DNA of 39,954 nt, taken from positions 1 through 39,954 of IMG/VR virus record IMGVR_UViG_2563366978_000009. One strand, 5' to 3'. Made by a program: the position numbers and the translations under genes. This DNA comes from a virus (taxonomy: Duplodnaviria; Heunggongvirae; Uroviricota; Caudoviricetes). Below are positions 8,074 through 17,879 of the stretch, in pieces. A model generated the notes under the pieces. The model did not search any database. It saw only the letters and a list, made by a program, of their open reading frames with translations, and was not told the origin of the DNA. Numbering within the stretch: the stretch's first letter is position 1; each line of letters opens with the position of its first letter.

Positions 8074-8730
8074 ATGAACGCTCAACTCATCCCCGTATTC
8101 AACGGCACTATATCTAACGAAACAGCCCTACTTTGTAATGCCCGCGATCTGCACGCTTTTTTAGGTGTTAAAAAGGTGTTTGCAGCATGGATTACAAATC
8201 GCATATCAGAATACGAATTCATTGAAAATCAAGACTATATTTTGCTTTCCAATTTGGGAAAGCAAACATCTGGTAGAGGCGGCCACAACCGCAAAGAGTA
8301 CCACCTCACCCTTGATACAGCCAAAGAGCTGGCGATGGTCGAGCGTAACGAAAAAGGTCGCCAGGTGCGACGCTACTTCATTGAATGCGAGAAACGTTTA
8401 AGACAACAAGAAACAAAAGTGGAGAAGGTCTTGTCAGGCTTCATGCCCGCCATTATGGAGGCGATCAAGCTGGAAGACAAAAAAGAATACAGCGCCCCAC
8501 TGAAGCCCGGCTACCGCAGTCTGATTCATTCTCCGTCTGGTGTTCTCGGCCTGACGGAGAACTCACTGCTGATGAATCTGCTGAACCAGTTACAGGACGA
8601 CGGGCACGACGTATCGGGCGCGGCGGCGGAGCTGACCACCATGTTCTGCTACATCGTCGGTGTGAGCAAATGCCTGCGTGATATCCAGACCCACGCGGAG
8701 TACATCAACGACAAGGCAGGGTTCTTCTGA
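8074..8730 (+). CDS. Antirepressor, AntA-type N-terminal domain
   Basis: 218 aa; N-terminal block LH.FLGV..F..W...R...YEF.E..DY...LT.D.AKELAM.ERNEKG...R.YFIECE as recalled for AntA/AntB; GGAG RBS; C-terminal domain paralogous to 6666..6923. Confidence 0.65.
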   Translation: MNAQLIPVFNGTISNETALLCNARDLHAFLGVKKVFAAWITNRISEYEFIENQDYILLSNLGKQTSGRGGHNRKEYHLTLDTAKELAMVERNEKGRQVRRYFIECEKRLRQQETKVEKVLSGFMPAIMEAIKLEDKKEYSAPLKPGYRSLIHSPSGVLGLTENSLLMNLLNQLQDDGHDVSGAAAELTTMFCYIVGVSKCLRDIQTHAEYINDKAGFF

Positions 8731-8801
8731 CGGCGGCGGCACAGGGATGTGCCTTTAAATAATTCTGTACAGATTGCAGACTGTGGGTGAATAGCGTACT
8801 A

Positions 8802-8816
8802 TTACCTCAAGGGTAA
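8802..8816. promoter_or_regulatory. Operator palindrome TTACC-N5-GGTAA (perfect)
   Basis: TTACCTCAAGGGTAA, about 60 nt upstream of the small ORF at 8877. Confidence 0.55.
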
Positions 8817-8876
8817 ACGGATTGGTTTCATTTTTATTAATCCGTGTAATGAACTTATGAGATATGAGGTAATGTC

Positions 8877-9056
8877 ATGCGAAACGAAAAATTGCAGATG
8901 CGTAGAGCGCAAGCTGCCGCAAGACGTTCTTTCAATGGAAGCGTAGAGTACGTAAAAGTTACTATGACAAAAGATCACGCAAGTCGCGTATCCCGCGCTT
9001 TCTTTGATTCTCGTAACAATAAGGAAAATTATGAGTTCGTCTGCGTCGCAGAATGA
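8877..9056 (+). CDS. Small basic ORF (59 aa) overlapping the YafO-like gene start; candidate antitoxin
   Basis: GAGG RBS 7 nt upstream; below the 60-aa track cutoff; 26-nt overlap with the next gene in another frame. No family recognised. Confidence 0.3.
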   Translation: MRNEKLQMRRAQAAARRSFNGSVEYVKVTMTKDHASRVSRAFFDSRNNKENYEFVCVAE

Positions 9057-9576
9057 TAAAAATCAAATTGTCAGATATAAGGGTCGAGTGTTGCATACGC
9101 AAAATTTCTCGGCCCTTTGTGCATCTGATCTTGAGCTGAAGAAAGTATCTGATGCCTTTACCCAGTATTGGAAAACGGGATACCATCCATCTCTTGGTAA
9201 AGATGCTGCATTTGCTCGTCCGACAGAAATGCTTAAACTAAATGTCAGGCATACTCATGTCGATAACCAAGACTATATTCCAGAAGATAGTGATAAAAAA
9301 CACACTGGTAAAAAATCATCTTGGGATGCATGGAAAAATATAGCGTCTGTACAAGTAAAATGCATACCAACAAGTGATTGCTTTTTAGTTTATTCGGTAA
9401 ATCACAATCGTGATGCGCTGGTTATGTTTTTTGTTGACGCAGATGCTCACAACATAACTGAGCAAGAAGAGTTTAAAGAGGAAGCAATCACTATCAGTTA
9501 TCAATTCTTTGAGAAAACAAAAACAGAACCAATGCCTTTAGAAGAAGATCTTTTTTCTGATAAATGGAAGGAATAG
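9031..9576 (+). CDS. YafO-family toxin-like protein
   Basis: ATG at 9031 with AAGGA RBS (track ORF starts at an upstream TTG). Blocks SDAFTQYWKTG, LGKDAAFA, VRHTHVDNQDYIP, CFLVYSVNHNRDALVMFFVDA parallel YafO as recalled (FISYKRDG, FGRDALY, VAHIHLANENNPFP, AHLVYCQGAFDEQAWLLIAIL). Low GC. Confidence 0.5.
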   Translation: MSSSASQNDKNQIVRYKGRVLHTQNFSALCASDLELKKVSDAFTQYWKTGYHPSLGKDAAFARPTEMLKLNVRHTHVDNQDYIPEDSDKKHTGKKSSWDAWKNIASVQVKCIPTSDCFLVYSVNHNRDALVMFFVDADAHNITEQEEFKEEAITISYQFFEKTKTEPMPLEEDLFSDKWKE

Positions 9577-9596
9577 CCCGCAGCGCGGGCTTTTTT
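9576..9596 (+). terminator. Rho-independent terminator
   Basis: GCCCGC AGC GCGGGC followed by six T, directly after the stop at 9574..9576. Confidence 0.7.
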
Positions 9597-9668
9597 GTGG
9601 ACGAAACAAAAGTCAGTGCTACACTCATTGACGCCACATTGAGGTGGCTTATAGATGGAAATTTCACA

Positions 9669-9830
9669 ATGAAAAAAGCATTTGCTGCACTGTTCGTTTT
9701 GTTGTCTCTGGTAGCTTCAACTCAGGCCTTTGCCGGTCGTTGTCAGCACGACAGCGATACTGCTGCTGACGGCTCCCGCTGCGGTGGGCGTTCTGCGGAT
9801 TCCCGTCCGGGCGGCGGTGGCATTCGTTAA
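9669..9830 (+). CDS. Small secreted Cys-containing peptide (53 aa)
   Basis: Signal peptide MKKAFAALFVLLSLVASTQAFA then a Gly/Arg/Ser-rich 31-aa tail with two Cys; higher GC than its neighbours. Could be spurious. Confidence 0.35.
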   Translation: MKKAFAALFVLLSLVASTQAFAGRCQHDSDTAADGSRCGGRSADSRPGGGGIR

Positions 9831-9858
9831 AAACAAGGCCGCGAAAGCGGCCTGTTTG
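9829..9858. terminator. Bidirectional terminator between convergent genes
   Basis: A-run, GGCCGC GAAA GCGGCC, then TGTTTG. Confidence 0.6.
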
Positions 9859-9859
9859 A

Positions 9860-10711
9860 TCACTGTGCAGTTTTCGCTGATCGATTTTCAGCTCTAAATT
9901 CAAGAACCGTTTCAATATTTCTTTCCTTCAGCATATCAATAACATTTTTATTCATTTGACTATCACTGGTTAATAACTGGTAAACGTCGCTTCTCTCTTT
10001 ATCAGAGTTTTCTTTAACAGCTGCTTTGCATGCCAAATGCTTATTGAAATTTTCTACATCGCTAGTACAGGAATTTACGGCTGCTGATGAAATATCAGAC
10101 GCTGAAGAAACACCATCATCCAAACGTTTTATAGCATTTTCTATACATGAGTTAAGGGAATAAACGACAACTGAGCGATACCCTTCAGACGCACACCATT
10201 CTAAATTTCTTGAAGGATCGAGTGGTTTTACTTCGCTGGATTGAATTAACTTGTCAAAAACTGACTTATATTCAATCTGTTTTTTATCTATAGCCCATAC
10301 TTCAGTAGCTGATTTATAATTCCCCGTATGCCTATTAACATCAAATCCATGTTTTATAAGCAAATCTGCCCATGAAAGATTTATTGATTCATTGTTATGA
10401 GGCCATTTTCCTGTCAGAACCGCCCCCATAGACCCCATATATCCGCCATATGATGGTATAGCACCATGGCTCAGTAACTTCTCAGCAACCACAGGGCAAT
10501 TAATTACATAAGAGGCGTAAAGCCCATTCCATAAAGCCCCTCTATAGTAATCGCCACGATTAGGTTCTTTTAAGTCGATAGCCTTTGATAATTGTTCACA
10601 CGTTTTGCATGCATCAAAGTTATCCTTATTGCATTGCAATGAACTGGCAGCTGTAGGATTTACAGAGACTATTGAAAGCACTATGCCAAAAAACAAATTT
10701 ATTTTTTTCAT
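9860..10711 (-). CDS. Secreted protein with possible ankyrin-like repeats; last gene of the virion operon
   Basis: Start 2 nt after the gp16-like stop; signal peptide MKKINLFFGIVLSIVSVNPTAAS; segments VVAEKLLSHGAIP and ADLLIKHGFDVNRHTGNYKSAT resemble ankyrin repeats (tentative); low GC. Confidence 0.6.
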   Translation of the reverse strand: MKKINLFFGIVLSIVSVNPTAASSLQCNKDNFDACKTCEQLSKAIDLKEPNRGDYYRGALWNGLYASYVINCPVVAEKLLSHGAIPSYGGYMGSMGAVLTGKWPHNNESINLSWADLLIKHGFDVNRHTGNYKSATEVWAIDKKQIEYKSVFDKLIQSSEVKPLDPSRNLEWCASEGYRSVVVYSLNSCIENAIKRLDDGVSSASDISSAAVNSCTSDVENFNKHLACKAAVKENSDKERSDVYQLLTSDSQMNKNVIDMLKERNIETVLEFRAENRSAKTAQ

Positions 10712-10712
10712 C

Positions 10713-13700
10713 CTATTTCATCTGCTCTTCAACTTTATTTAGTAATGGTGATATCGCCCACAGGTTCTGAAAAGGTAGCATTTTACGGACCGCGTGGGTT
10801 TGCTGGCTGTCAAATTCTCCGTTAAGTACACCATTCGCAACCGTCGCGGCATCACCGCCAAGATCAAAGGTAGGACCAAGTAAAGCACCAATAGCATTAC
10901 GACTCTGAAACCTTGATACCGGAGGCGCACCAAACATCGCGCCAAGACCAAACCTACCACCGCTTATGTTCTCAACGGTATTCAGCGGCTCAGAGAGCCA
11001 GCCAAGCATTCCGCCCCGGTCGATCCCCTCTTTCACAAGGTTATTCCAGCTGTAGTCAATATCGCGACCGCTTAACTTCTGTTTCATCATATAGACCATT
11101 GAGCCAAGCGCAATCGTGCCAAGCGCACCAAGATAGAATGCAGCATCGCCCTGCTGGATACCAGATACCAGCACCCTGTTATGCTGTGCGAAGATAAACG
11201 TTTTGAACTGCGTGATCATCTTCCAGCCTTCTTTACTAAAAAACAGCGGTGTATCACCTACGCCAGGCGTTACAATCACTGAGTCTACATCTTTCAGCAC
11301 TGCAGACTGGAAAATCTCTCTAGCGAAACGGTCATCCCACAGATGACTATGCCCGGTTAACAGCCCGTCCATATCCTCTCCGTGCTTCCCGAATTGCTCC
11401 CCGATTCGGCGCAGAACATCTTCATTGATGCCGACCTGTGCCATCTTCCGCATTTCACTTTTGGAGAGCGTGCCACCAGCAGAAACTTGGCGAGCCGCGT
11501 CAAGTATCCTCGACTGCACTATCATCCCAGACCATGATTTAAGTGCGCTGTTCCACTGATTCATCAGCGTCCAGTTACCGAATTTCTGCGTCATCCAGTT
11601 CAGGCCTCGCTCAGCGGCGCTTCTCCGGCTATATGGGTCAGTAAGATCCGCTATAGCCTTTGTACGCGTAGACAGGACATAATCAAGCCCAACGGCCATT
11701 TCTCGCAAATCCCTGGTTGCAATCTTCACTGAGTCCATATTTTTAAGCATGCTTACCATTGGTCCGAGAGATTTTCTCAGGCCATGCTGCATCATCGGTC
11801 GCATCAGATCAGTTGCAGCGGAGACGGTCATTCCACCAAGCAAACGGAGGAAGTTAATATTCCTAGCAACTCGCCCGGCACGAACAAAGAAACTGCGTGG
11901 ATCTTGAGGTGCACCGTAAGTACCAAGCAGTCGATCACGCATAGCCGTAATATCCCTAATATCAGCCTCCCGTTGCTTCTCAAGAACTGCACGTCGTTTA
12001 GGTGTTTTAGCCTCTTTTATTAGCCGGGTATATTCCTCACTAACCTGACGGATTTGCTCCCCCATATCTTTACGGCCAAACTGCGCAGTCAGCTCAATTT
12101 CTGGTGCCACCTGCCGGAGATAACTTTCCATGATGTAGTTAACATCTGATTCAAGAAAATCTTCTATACGCTCATCAGGAATAAGCAGCGTTCTGCTTTT
12201 AGTGAAACCAGCCCGACCAACGAGTCTCTCTGGGATAATATCGGCTGGTACAAGCCCGGAAGGTGCGCCTATTATTTTATTCACGATCTCGTCAGCAGCG
12301 TCCTCTGCTTCCTCTCGGGATAGAGGCTCCATCTGCTTCAGTGCTCGTTCGCGGCTTGCATTCAGCCTTGTGGTTGAATTTGCCCGTTTTTGCAGTCGGC
12401 GAAGCTCAGAACGATATTTCCGTGGATTATCCAACAACTCCATATGGCGCTGATAGACAGGAAGCTCACTCTTTGCCTGCGCTATATCATCAAGGCGTGT
12501 TTTAAGGTCAGAGCTTTCTTTCATCATTCTTGCCTGAAGTTTTTCTGATGAAGTCTCGGCCAACTCTTTTTCTATTCTTGTAAGACGCGCCTGTGTGTCA
12601 GTCTCCTGAGATATAAGCTTATTTCGTTTATCCAGTTCTTCCATGAGTAGAATTTTTTTACCAGACCATTTCTCCGCTTCAGCGATTTCACTAGCGAGAG
12701 CATCAGCGCGCGGTGCCGATTCCTCTGCAGTTTTTAGCAATGAATTTATCCTTTCAATTCGCTGACCTGCTTTGTCAGCACCTTTGGCACTAATCCCTTG
12801 TATCCAGTTGGCAATTCGCCCTCTGAATTCAGTGCGGTCGGAAAGTATCTTATCGAACTTATAAATGCGGGGAAGATAACTTTTCGCCGTCACGACATCG
12901 ATATCCTTAGGAAGGATCCCCAGTTCCTGCATACGGGCTTTTGTGGTCTCGAAAATGGGGCGGATTCTGGCGGCTGCTTGTGAAACCTCAGGAATATCAC
13001 TCTGATCACCACGGCGCATAGCCATGCCAACAGCTTCATTGAAATCAATAAAGTTCATCCTCTTCACGCCGCGGGCGCTAACAGATTTGCTGTACTGCTG
13101 GTAAGCATCACGAGTGGCTTCCATCTGCTTATAAAGCATGGCGTCGTATTGCTTAATCTTAGTCTCGACTGCCGTAAACGTAGCCAACCCCTCATCATTT
13201 TTGGCGAAGAAATAGTTATTTTCGGCAAGCTGCTGGTTAATCTGACGGGAGACAAGAGATGGTGATTGCGCCAAGCGGCCAGCAGGAGTGACACTCAACG
13301 TTTTGTTAGCAAGTCCAAGTCCAGCGAGCTGTTCCTGATCGAGTGTGGTATTGAAAACCTGAGCTGCACCAATGCTTTGAGGAGAATCCATACCTCGCAA
13401 ATGATTACCTACTGAGTTAACCACTGCCTCGCGCGCGCCAGGTCCAGCAAGTAGCTGTGCACCAGCACCAAGGATCCCACCAACGAGAGCATCAACAACA
13501 ACGTTCGATACGCTCTCCATCGGTGAGCGAGCTTCCTGAGTGGCCTGTAATGCGGCCTCTGAAGCAACACTGCCAGCAGCATTCGCCAGGGCAAAACGCC
13601 CGGCTGTTTCTGCAATACGACCGCCACGAACGACAGCGCCGAACGGAATAAACATAGAAATCGCATTGAATGGATCTGCTAATCTCATTGCTACAGAAGA

Positions 13701-14102
13701 GACTGTACCAGCAAATCCCAAGCCTGAATTGTATTCCATGTCAGCTCTCTGCTGATCGATTCGATGTTTAATTGCCATTGTTTCTTCAGGCGAACCGGAG
13801 TTGATAAACGAATCTGCAAAATCTTCATAGCCTTTAATATCTGCTGCATCGTTATCAAATGGGTTATATCCTTCAACCCTGTCAAACTGACTGAAAGGAG
13901 CACTGGCAATAAAGCTACCCAGCGTGTTATCTATACGAAATGCTGCTTGTCTAGACCTTTGAACGCGTTGATCACTGGTAAATGGGTTCACAGCAGAAAG
14001 CAAAGAAGGTGTTTCCATATAGAAATTACTGTCATCAGGTGCTGCTATTTGCTGAATATCCTCGCCAAGCAACTCTTTAGGATCCTGTTCATATATCGGC
14101 AT
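10713..14102 (-). CDS. Internal virion / ejection protein, T7 gp16-like position
   Basis: 1129 aa, directly downstream of the gp15-like and gp14-like genes; assigned by size and order. Confidence 0.55.
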   Translation of the reverse strand: MPIYEQDPKELLGEDIQQIAAPDDSNFYMETPSLLSAVNPFTSDQRVQRSRQAAFRIDNTLGSFIASAPFSQFDRVEGYNPFDNDAADIKGYEDFADSFINSGSPEETMAIKHRIDQQRADMEYNSGLGFAGTVSSVAMRLADPFNAISMFIPFGAVVRGGRIAETAGRFALANAAGSVASEAALQATQEARSPMESVSNVVVDALVGGILGAGAQLLAGPGAREAVVNSVGNHLRGMDSPQSIGAAQVFNTTLDQEQLAGLGLANKTLSVTPAGRLAQSPSLVSRQINQQLAENNYFFAKNDEGLATFTAVETKIKQYDAMLYKQMEATRDAYQQYSKSVSARGVKRMNFIDFNEAVGMAMRRGDQSDIPEVSQAAARIRPIFETTKARMQELGILPKDIDVVTAKSYLPRIYKFDKILSDRTEFRGRIANWIQGISAKGADKAGQRIERINSLLKTAEESAPRADALASEIAEAEKWSGKKILLMEELDKRNKLISQETDTQARLTRIEKELAETSSEKLQARMMKESSDLKTRLDDIAQAKSELPVYQRHMELLDNPRKYRSELRRLQKRANSTTRLNASRERALKQMEPLSREEAEDAADEIVNKIIGAPSGLVPADIIPERLVGRAGFTKSRTLLIPDERIEDFLESDVNYIMESYLRQVAPEIELTAQFGRKDMGEQIRQVSEEYTRLIKEAKTPKRRAVLEKQREADIRDITAMRDRLLGTYGAPQDPRSFFVRAGRVARNINFLRLLGGMTVSAATDLMRPMMQHGLRKSLGPMVSMLKNMDSVKIATRDLREMAVGLDYVLSTRTKAIADLTDPYSRRSAAERGLNWMTQKFGNWTLMNQWNSALKSWSGMIVQSRILDAARQVSAGGTLSKSEMRKMAQVGINEDVLRRIGEQFGKHGEDMDGLLTGHSHLWDDRFAREIFQSAVLKDVDSVIVTPGVGDTPLFFSKEGWKMITQFKTFIFAQHNRVLVSGIQQGDAAFYLGALGTIALGSMVYMMKQKLSGRDIDYSWNNLVKEGIDRGGMLGWLSEPLNTVENISGGRFGLGAMFGAPPVSRFQSRNAIGALLGPTFDLGGDAATVANGVLNGEFDSQQTHAVRKMLPFQNLWAISPLLNKVEEQMK

Positions 14103-16852
14103 TATTTGCCCCCTGCGTATATATTGCTCGGAAGGTAATTGGCTGAACCATAACCGAATGGTTTGGTCAGATCTGGAGGAGTATATCCATCTTTATTGCT
14201 GAACTGCGGCAGCGGATTGCCTTCTCTCCGCACTCTAGCCTCATCAACACGCTGTTGCTGGAACTGAATGGTTTGCCTGTACATTGGAGATGTCAGCTGA
14301 TCCGGCTTGAAACGAACAGGGAGACCATTTTCTCCAATATAATTTCTCGGTTCTATCGCTCCGTTTGCGTCAGGCTGTAAAACCATAACAGCATAACTCC
14401 TATCCCTTGCCGTAAGGCCATCAGAAACAAGTATTAAGTCCGTATCACTGCGAGGACCGCCAAAGGATTTTGATTTAAGCTCGCGTTTTTCCTGCTCCCA
14501 CTGCCCCTGTATCCAGTTACCAGCACCATTATTTACTCCGTACAATGCCTCAGGTGCATACTTCATAACCTCTGCTTTGCCATTAACCGTAGAAACTCCC
14601 CAGGTGGTTCTGATCATGGCATTGGTCATTTTCTCAGCCTGTTCTGCATCGCCACCTGTCTGTACAAAGTTAGCATCGTAAATTGTCTGGTAATCTCGCT
14701 GATAGGCCGCATTTGATTTTCCTGGATCGGTAATATCCGGAGACCACGAACCAAAGGAAGTCAGACTGCTGGCGTTATTTTGTGCAGCAGTTGCCCTCGC
14801 CGCGACATATTTTTTGTCTCGCATGGCAGTGGAAAGCATCTGTTTCATTCGGTCATCCTGTTGGAACACCTGGCTGTAAGCCATATCAACAGCCTTATCC
14901 TCCGGCACGCCAGCGCGGGAATAATCGTAAACCTTGCCGTAAAATGCCATCGTACTTTTATCAAGTGTTGCCGCTGCCGCCGGATTATTATCGAATAACT
15001 GACCGTAGAATTTTGCCATCGGGACAACCAGCGCAGGATCTCTTGATGTTGCTCCACTGTTAAGCATTGTTTTAACCTGAGTTGGTATCATGCCGCTTTT
15101 AGTTGTGACGGTGACCAGTGTATTGATGCTCTGCGGATCAGATATGGAAAACGAAGGCGCGATATCCTGCGCGAAATAACGGTCTACCGCTGCCTGATTG
15201 TTTTTGTCGTTCGGGTCCAGCGGGAAGTTATTTTGCATTGAAGACACGAACCTGTTTCTTCCCTGCTGAATCTCCCACTCCCTATCCATCTCTTTAAATT
15301 TGGCCTGCATTTTCTCCCAGCGTTGCTGGTTAGCTGCAAATCCAGGAGCGTTTGGATCCTGTGGACGTAAACGTTCAAGAATGTCTTGTCGTCCTTCTGG
15401 AGTGAGGTCTTTAGCGGCACCAATGACACCTCCATATTGTATCTGCGCCTGCATATCCTTCCACTTCATAGCGCCAATGCGCGGACCATTGGCCCGGATA
15501 AAATCGTCCTCAGAAGGTAACTGCTCAGGTTTCAATCCTTCATCAAGGGCTGAATATGCATCTTTAACTACGGTGCTAAGCTGGTCCGCATACTGCTGGC
15601 GGTACTGATTTCTCAGCTCATTAGCCTGCCTCAATGCCTGTATTTGCATTTGAGGGCTCATAGCATCAAATGCCGCATTGCCCGTATAACGCTTAGGTGA
15701 ATCAAGGTTAGTTAGACCAAGGGCTGCCGAGATACCAGTTTCAAGCTGTTCGGTGCTATAAGGCATACTGCCATTTTCGTGTTTAATAATCCCAGCACAT
15801 AAAGCAGCTAGTGTCTTTGGGTTAGAGATATCAAGCTGATCATTCTCCCCAACACCAAGCTCACTACACAATGCCCTAATATAAGCATCAGTATTATTAC
15901 CATCACTAGCCGGAGCATAGCGATTAACAATCTCGCTAACGGTGTCATAGCCTTGACGCTGGTAAGACAATATATTTTTACCCAACGCGCGGATTCCATG
16001 CTCAGGGGTAGCAAACGTTGCAAAACGTCCATCGCTACCGATCTGACCTTCCCACGGGTTAGATTTGCTCGCTTCAATATTACCAGGGTTATTATTACGT
16101 AAACCACGAGCATCCAATGAATTACCATGTGATATTGCACGACTCACACCATCAAGATCCCCTGGCTCTCCATTAACCTGAAGAAACTCGTTGTATTTTT
16201 GAGCGATATTTCCTATCCATGCTTGCTGCCCCATTTGTTCCTTGAGCTGAGTTTTCTGCTGAACACGCCACCCATCAGGAAGCCCATGCGCATCAGCATA
16301 TTGATCAATAGATTCAAATCGCTGCTTGGCTAAATCGACAAATGCTTGGTTATCGCTATATAGCCCCGCAGACTGAGTGACAGCCAATGCATTTCCTGAC
16401 AAATACGTTTGATCTTGGAATTGCTGAAACTGCCCAACTTCATATCGACGTGCCTGATTGTAATAAGACTGCATAGACTGCTGGAGTTGAAAGGATAATT
16501 TATTCCTTTCCTCACTTTCAGGAATTGAGCCTAATAATGCCTGAGCCCTTTCCTGCATATTTTTCATAACAGCGTCACTCTGACCAAGAGCGTTTTTACC
16601 CTGTTTAGAAATCAGCCCATTTTCAGGGTTGTTAATCTGGTCATCTGCAAATTGGTTAAATTGCAGTAACGCCTCCTGGGCCATAGCAACATTCGCTTTC
16701 TGCCTGGCTTCACCATATGCCACCGCATACTGATCTGCGACATTCGCCAGCACCTGACCTGCTTGAGGAACATCGAAGGTCTGAAAACCACCGGTTTGCA
16801 CACCACGACTTTGCACCTGGCGTCCGGATGTAGTAGGAACAACAGGCATCAA
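14102..16852 (-). CDS. Internal virion protein, T7 gp15-like position
   Basis: 916 aa; overlapping start/stop with flanking genes; contains a conserved-looking block RNNNPGNIEASKSNPWEGQIG. Confidence 0.55.
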   Translation of the reverse strand: MMPVVPTTSGRQVQSRGVQTGGFQTFDVPQAGQVLANVADQYAVAYGEARQKANVAMAQEALLQFNQFADDQINNPENGLISKQGKNALGQSDAVMKNMQERAQALLGSIPESEERNKLSFQLQQSMQSYYNQARRYEVGQFQQFQDQTYLSGNALAVTQSAGLYSDNQAFVDLAKQRFESIDQYADAHGLPDGWRVQQKTQLKEQMGQQAWIGNIAQKYNEFLQVNGEPGDLDGVSRAISHGNSLDARGLRNNNPGNIEASKSNPWEGQIGSDGRFATFATPEHGIRALGKNILSYQRQGYDTVSEIVNRYAPASDGNNTDAYIRALCSELGVGENDQLDISNPKTLAALCAGIIKHENGSMPYSTEQLETGISAALGLTNLDSPKRYTGNAAFDAMSPQMQIQALRQANELRNQYRQQYADQLSTVVKDAYSALDEGLKPEQLPSEDDFIRANGPRIGAMKWKDMQAQIQYGGVIGAAKDLTPEGRQDILERLRPQDPNAPGFAANQQRWEKMQAKFKEMDREWEIQQGRNRFVSSMQNNFPLDPNDKNNQAAVDRYFAQDIAPSFSISDPQSINTLVTVTTKSGMIPTQVKTMLNSGATSRDPALVVPMAKFYGQLFDNNPAAAATLDKSTMAFYGKVYDYSRAGVPEDKAVDMAYSQVFQQDDRMKQMLSTAMRDKKYVAARATAAQNNASSLTSFGSWSPDITDPGKSNAAYQRDYQTIYDANFVQTGGDAEQAEKMTNAMIRTTWGVSTVNGKAEVMKYAPEALYGVNNGAGNWIQGQWEQEKRELKSKSFGGPRSDTDLILVSDGLTARDRSYAVMVLQPDANGAIEPRNYIGENGLPVRFKPDQLTSPMYRQTIQFQQQRVDEARVRREGNPLPQFSNKDGYTPPDLTKPFGYGSANYLPSNIYAGGK

Positions 16853-17415
16853 TAACCTCCTATTTTGAATCGGGAGTCAGAATTCATAAAACCTGAGTTA
16901 GATAACATTGGCGTGTTTCCTTGCTTACTAATCGGATTGATACTTCCGCCACCCAACTTATATGCACCGTATGCTTTTAGTGGTGCCGTTAACAAAGTGC
17001 TGGTCATCGATGATTTAGCAGCCGACTGAGCAGCAGCCCCCTGTGCCTGAGCATTCATTCCCTGAACCTGATACCCATATGCCTCACGCTGAGCATTATT
17101 CACTGTCGTTAACGCATCAAGAGTGCCGAACTGAGCATTATCCGCAAAAACGTCAAGAGCTGTTCCGCTACTTAATTCCGCACCGGTAGCCCCCATAGTA
17201 GCCGCCGCAGTGCCTGAGCGTTGACGCATTTCACGACGACGCTGATCCGCTTCAATATTCCCACGATTGATTGAATCCTGTGCCTGAGCTTCAGCAATTT
17301 CAGCATTCCGATCTGCTATGGCTGACTGGTATTTTGCCTGCTTGCTCTGGCTGTACATTGACGCTGCTGTGGATGCCACTGTGACGGCAACCAAAGCGAT
17401 GGCTGGGTTACACAT
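16849..17415 (-). CDS. Internal virion protein, T7 gp14-like
   Basis: 188 aa; N-terminus MCNPAIALVAVTVASTAASMYSQSKQAKYQSAIADRNAEI parallels the T7 gp14 N-terminus as recalled. Confidence 0.6.
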   Translation of the reverse strand: MCNPAIALVAVTVASTAASMYSQSKQAKYQSAIADRNAEIAEAQAQDSINRGNIEADQRRREMRQRSGTAAATMGATGAELSSGTALDVFADNAQFGTLDALTTVNNAQREAYGYQVQGMNAQAQGAAAQSAAKSSMTSTLLTAPLKAYGAYKLGGGSINPISKQGNTPMLSNSGFMNSDSRFKIGGY

Positions 17416-17879
17416 TATTTTCTCTCCATGTGAAATCTGTGGAAATTAAGACCAAGAGCACCATAAGGCGCGGCTTCTTCAAGCCTGAATCCAAGCCAGT
17501 GCAGCCATGCTTTGGCAACATGGTTTCGCTCGTCGACGTAGTTTTCCAGGCGCGGATAAACTGCCAGCATCTGCTGCAATACAGGTCGGCAGTGGCGAAG
17601 AAATGTCTTCTGATATTTTTCAATACGGCTGGTTCCGACCAGCCAGGGTGTACCATTGCCACCGATCATTGACGCCGGAGATACACCAAACATGGTTACC
17701 AGTTCTCCGTTCGCGAACCCTGACCAGGCCATAGTCGCAGTGCGAAGACCAACACGCAGCGCATCTTCGGTAGTCATCAGCGATACCGCATACAGTTCGT
17801 CAATATCAGCCTGACGAACATCCGGCAAAATCATCTGAAGATGCTCTTCGGTGGCGGGAATAATTCGAACATCGATCAT
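17415..17879 (-). CDS. Hypothetical virion/assembly protein (gp13 position)
   Basis: 154 aa, translationally coupled between the gp12-like and gp14-like genes. Confidence 0.5.
   Translation of the reverse strand: MIDVRIIPATEEHLQMILPDVRQADIDELYAVSLMTTEDALRVGLRTATMAWSGFANGELVTMFGVSPASMIGGNGTPWLVGTSRIEKYQKTFLRHCRPVLQQMLAVYPRLENYVDERNHVAKAWLHWLGFRLEEAAPYGALGLNFHRFHMERK

Noticed and set aside
9004-9030. TTG-initiated N-terminal extension of the YafO-like gene
   Set aside because: The ATG at 9031 has a well-spaced AAGGA RBS; the TTG start has none.
17415-17879. gp13-position protein as an acetyltransferase
   Set aside because: Only a weak WLGF-type resemblance at the C-terminus; not enough to call a GNAT fold without a profile search.
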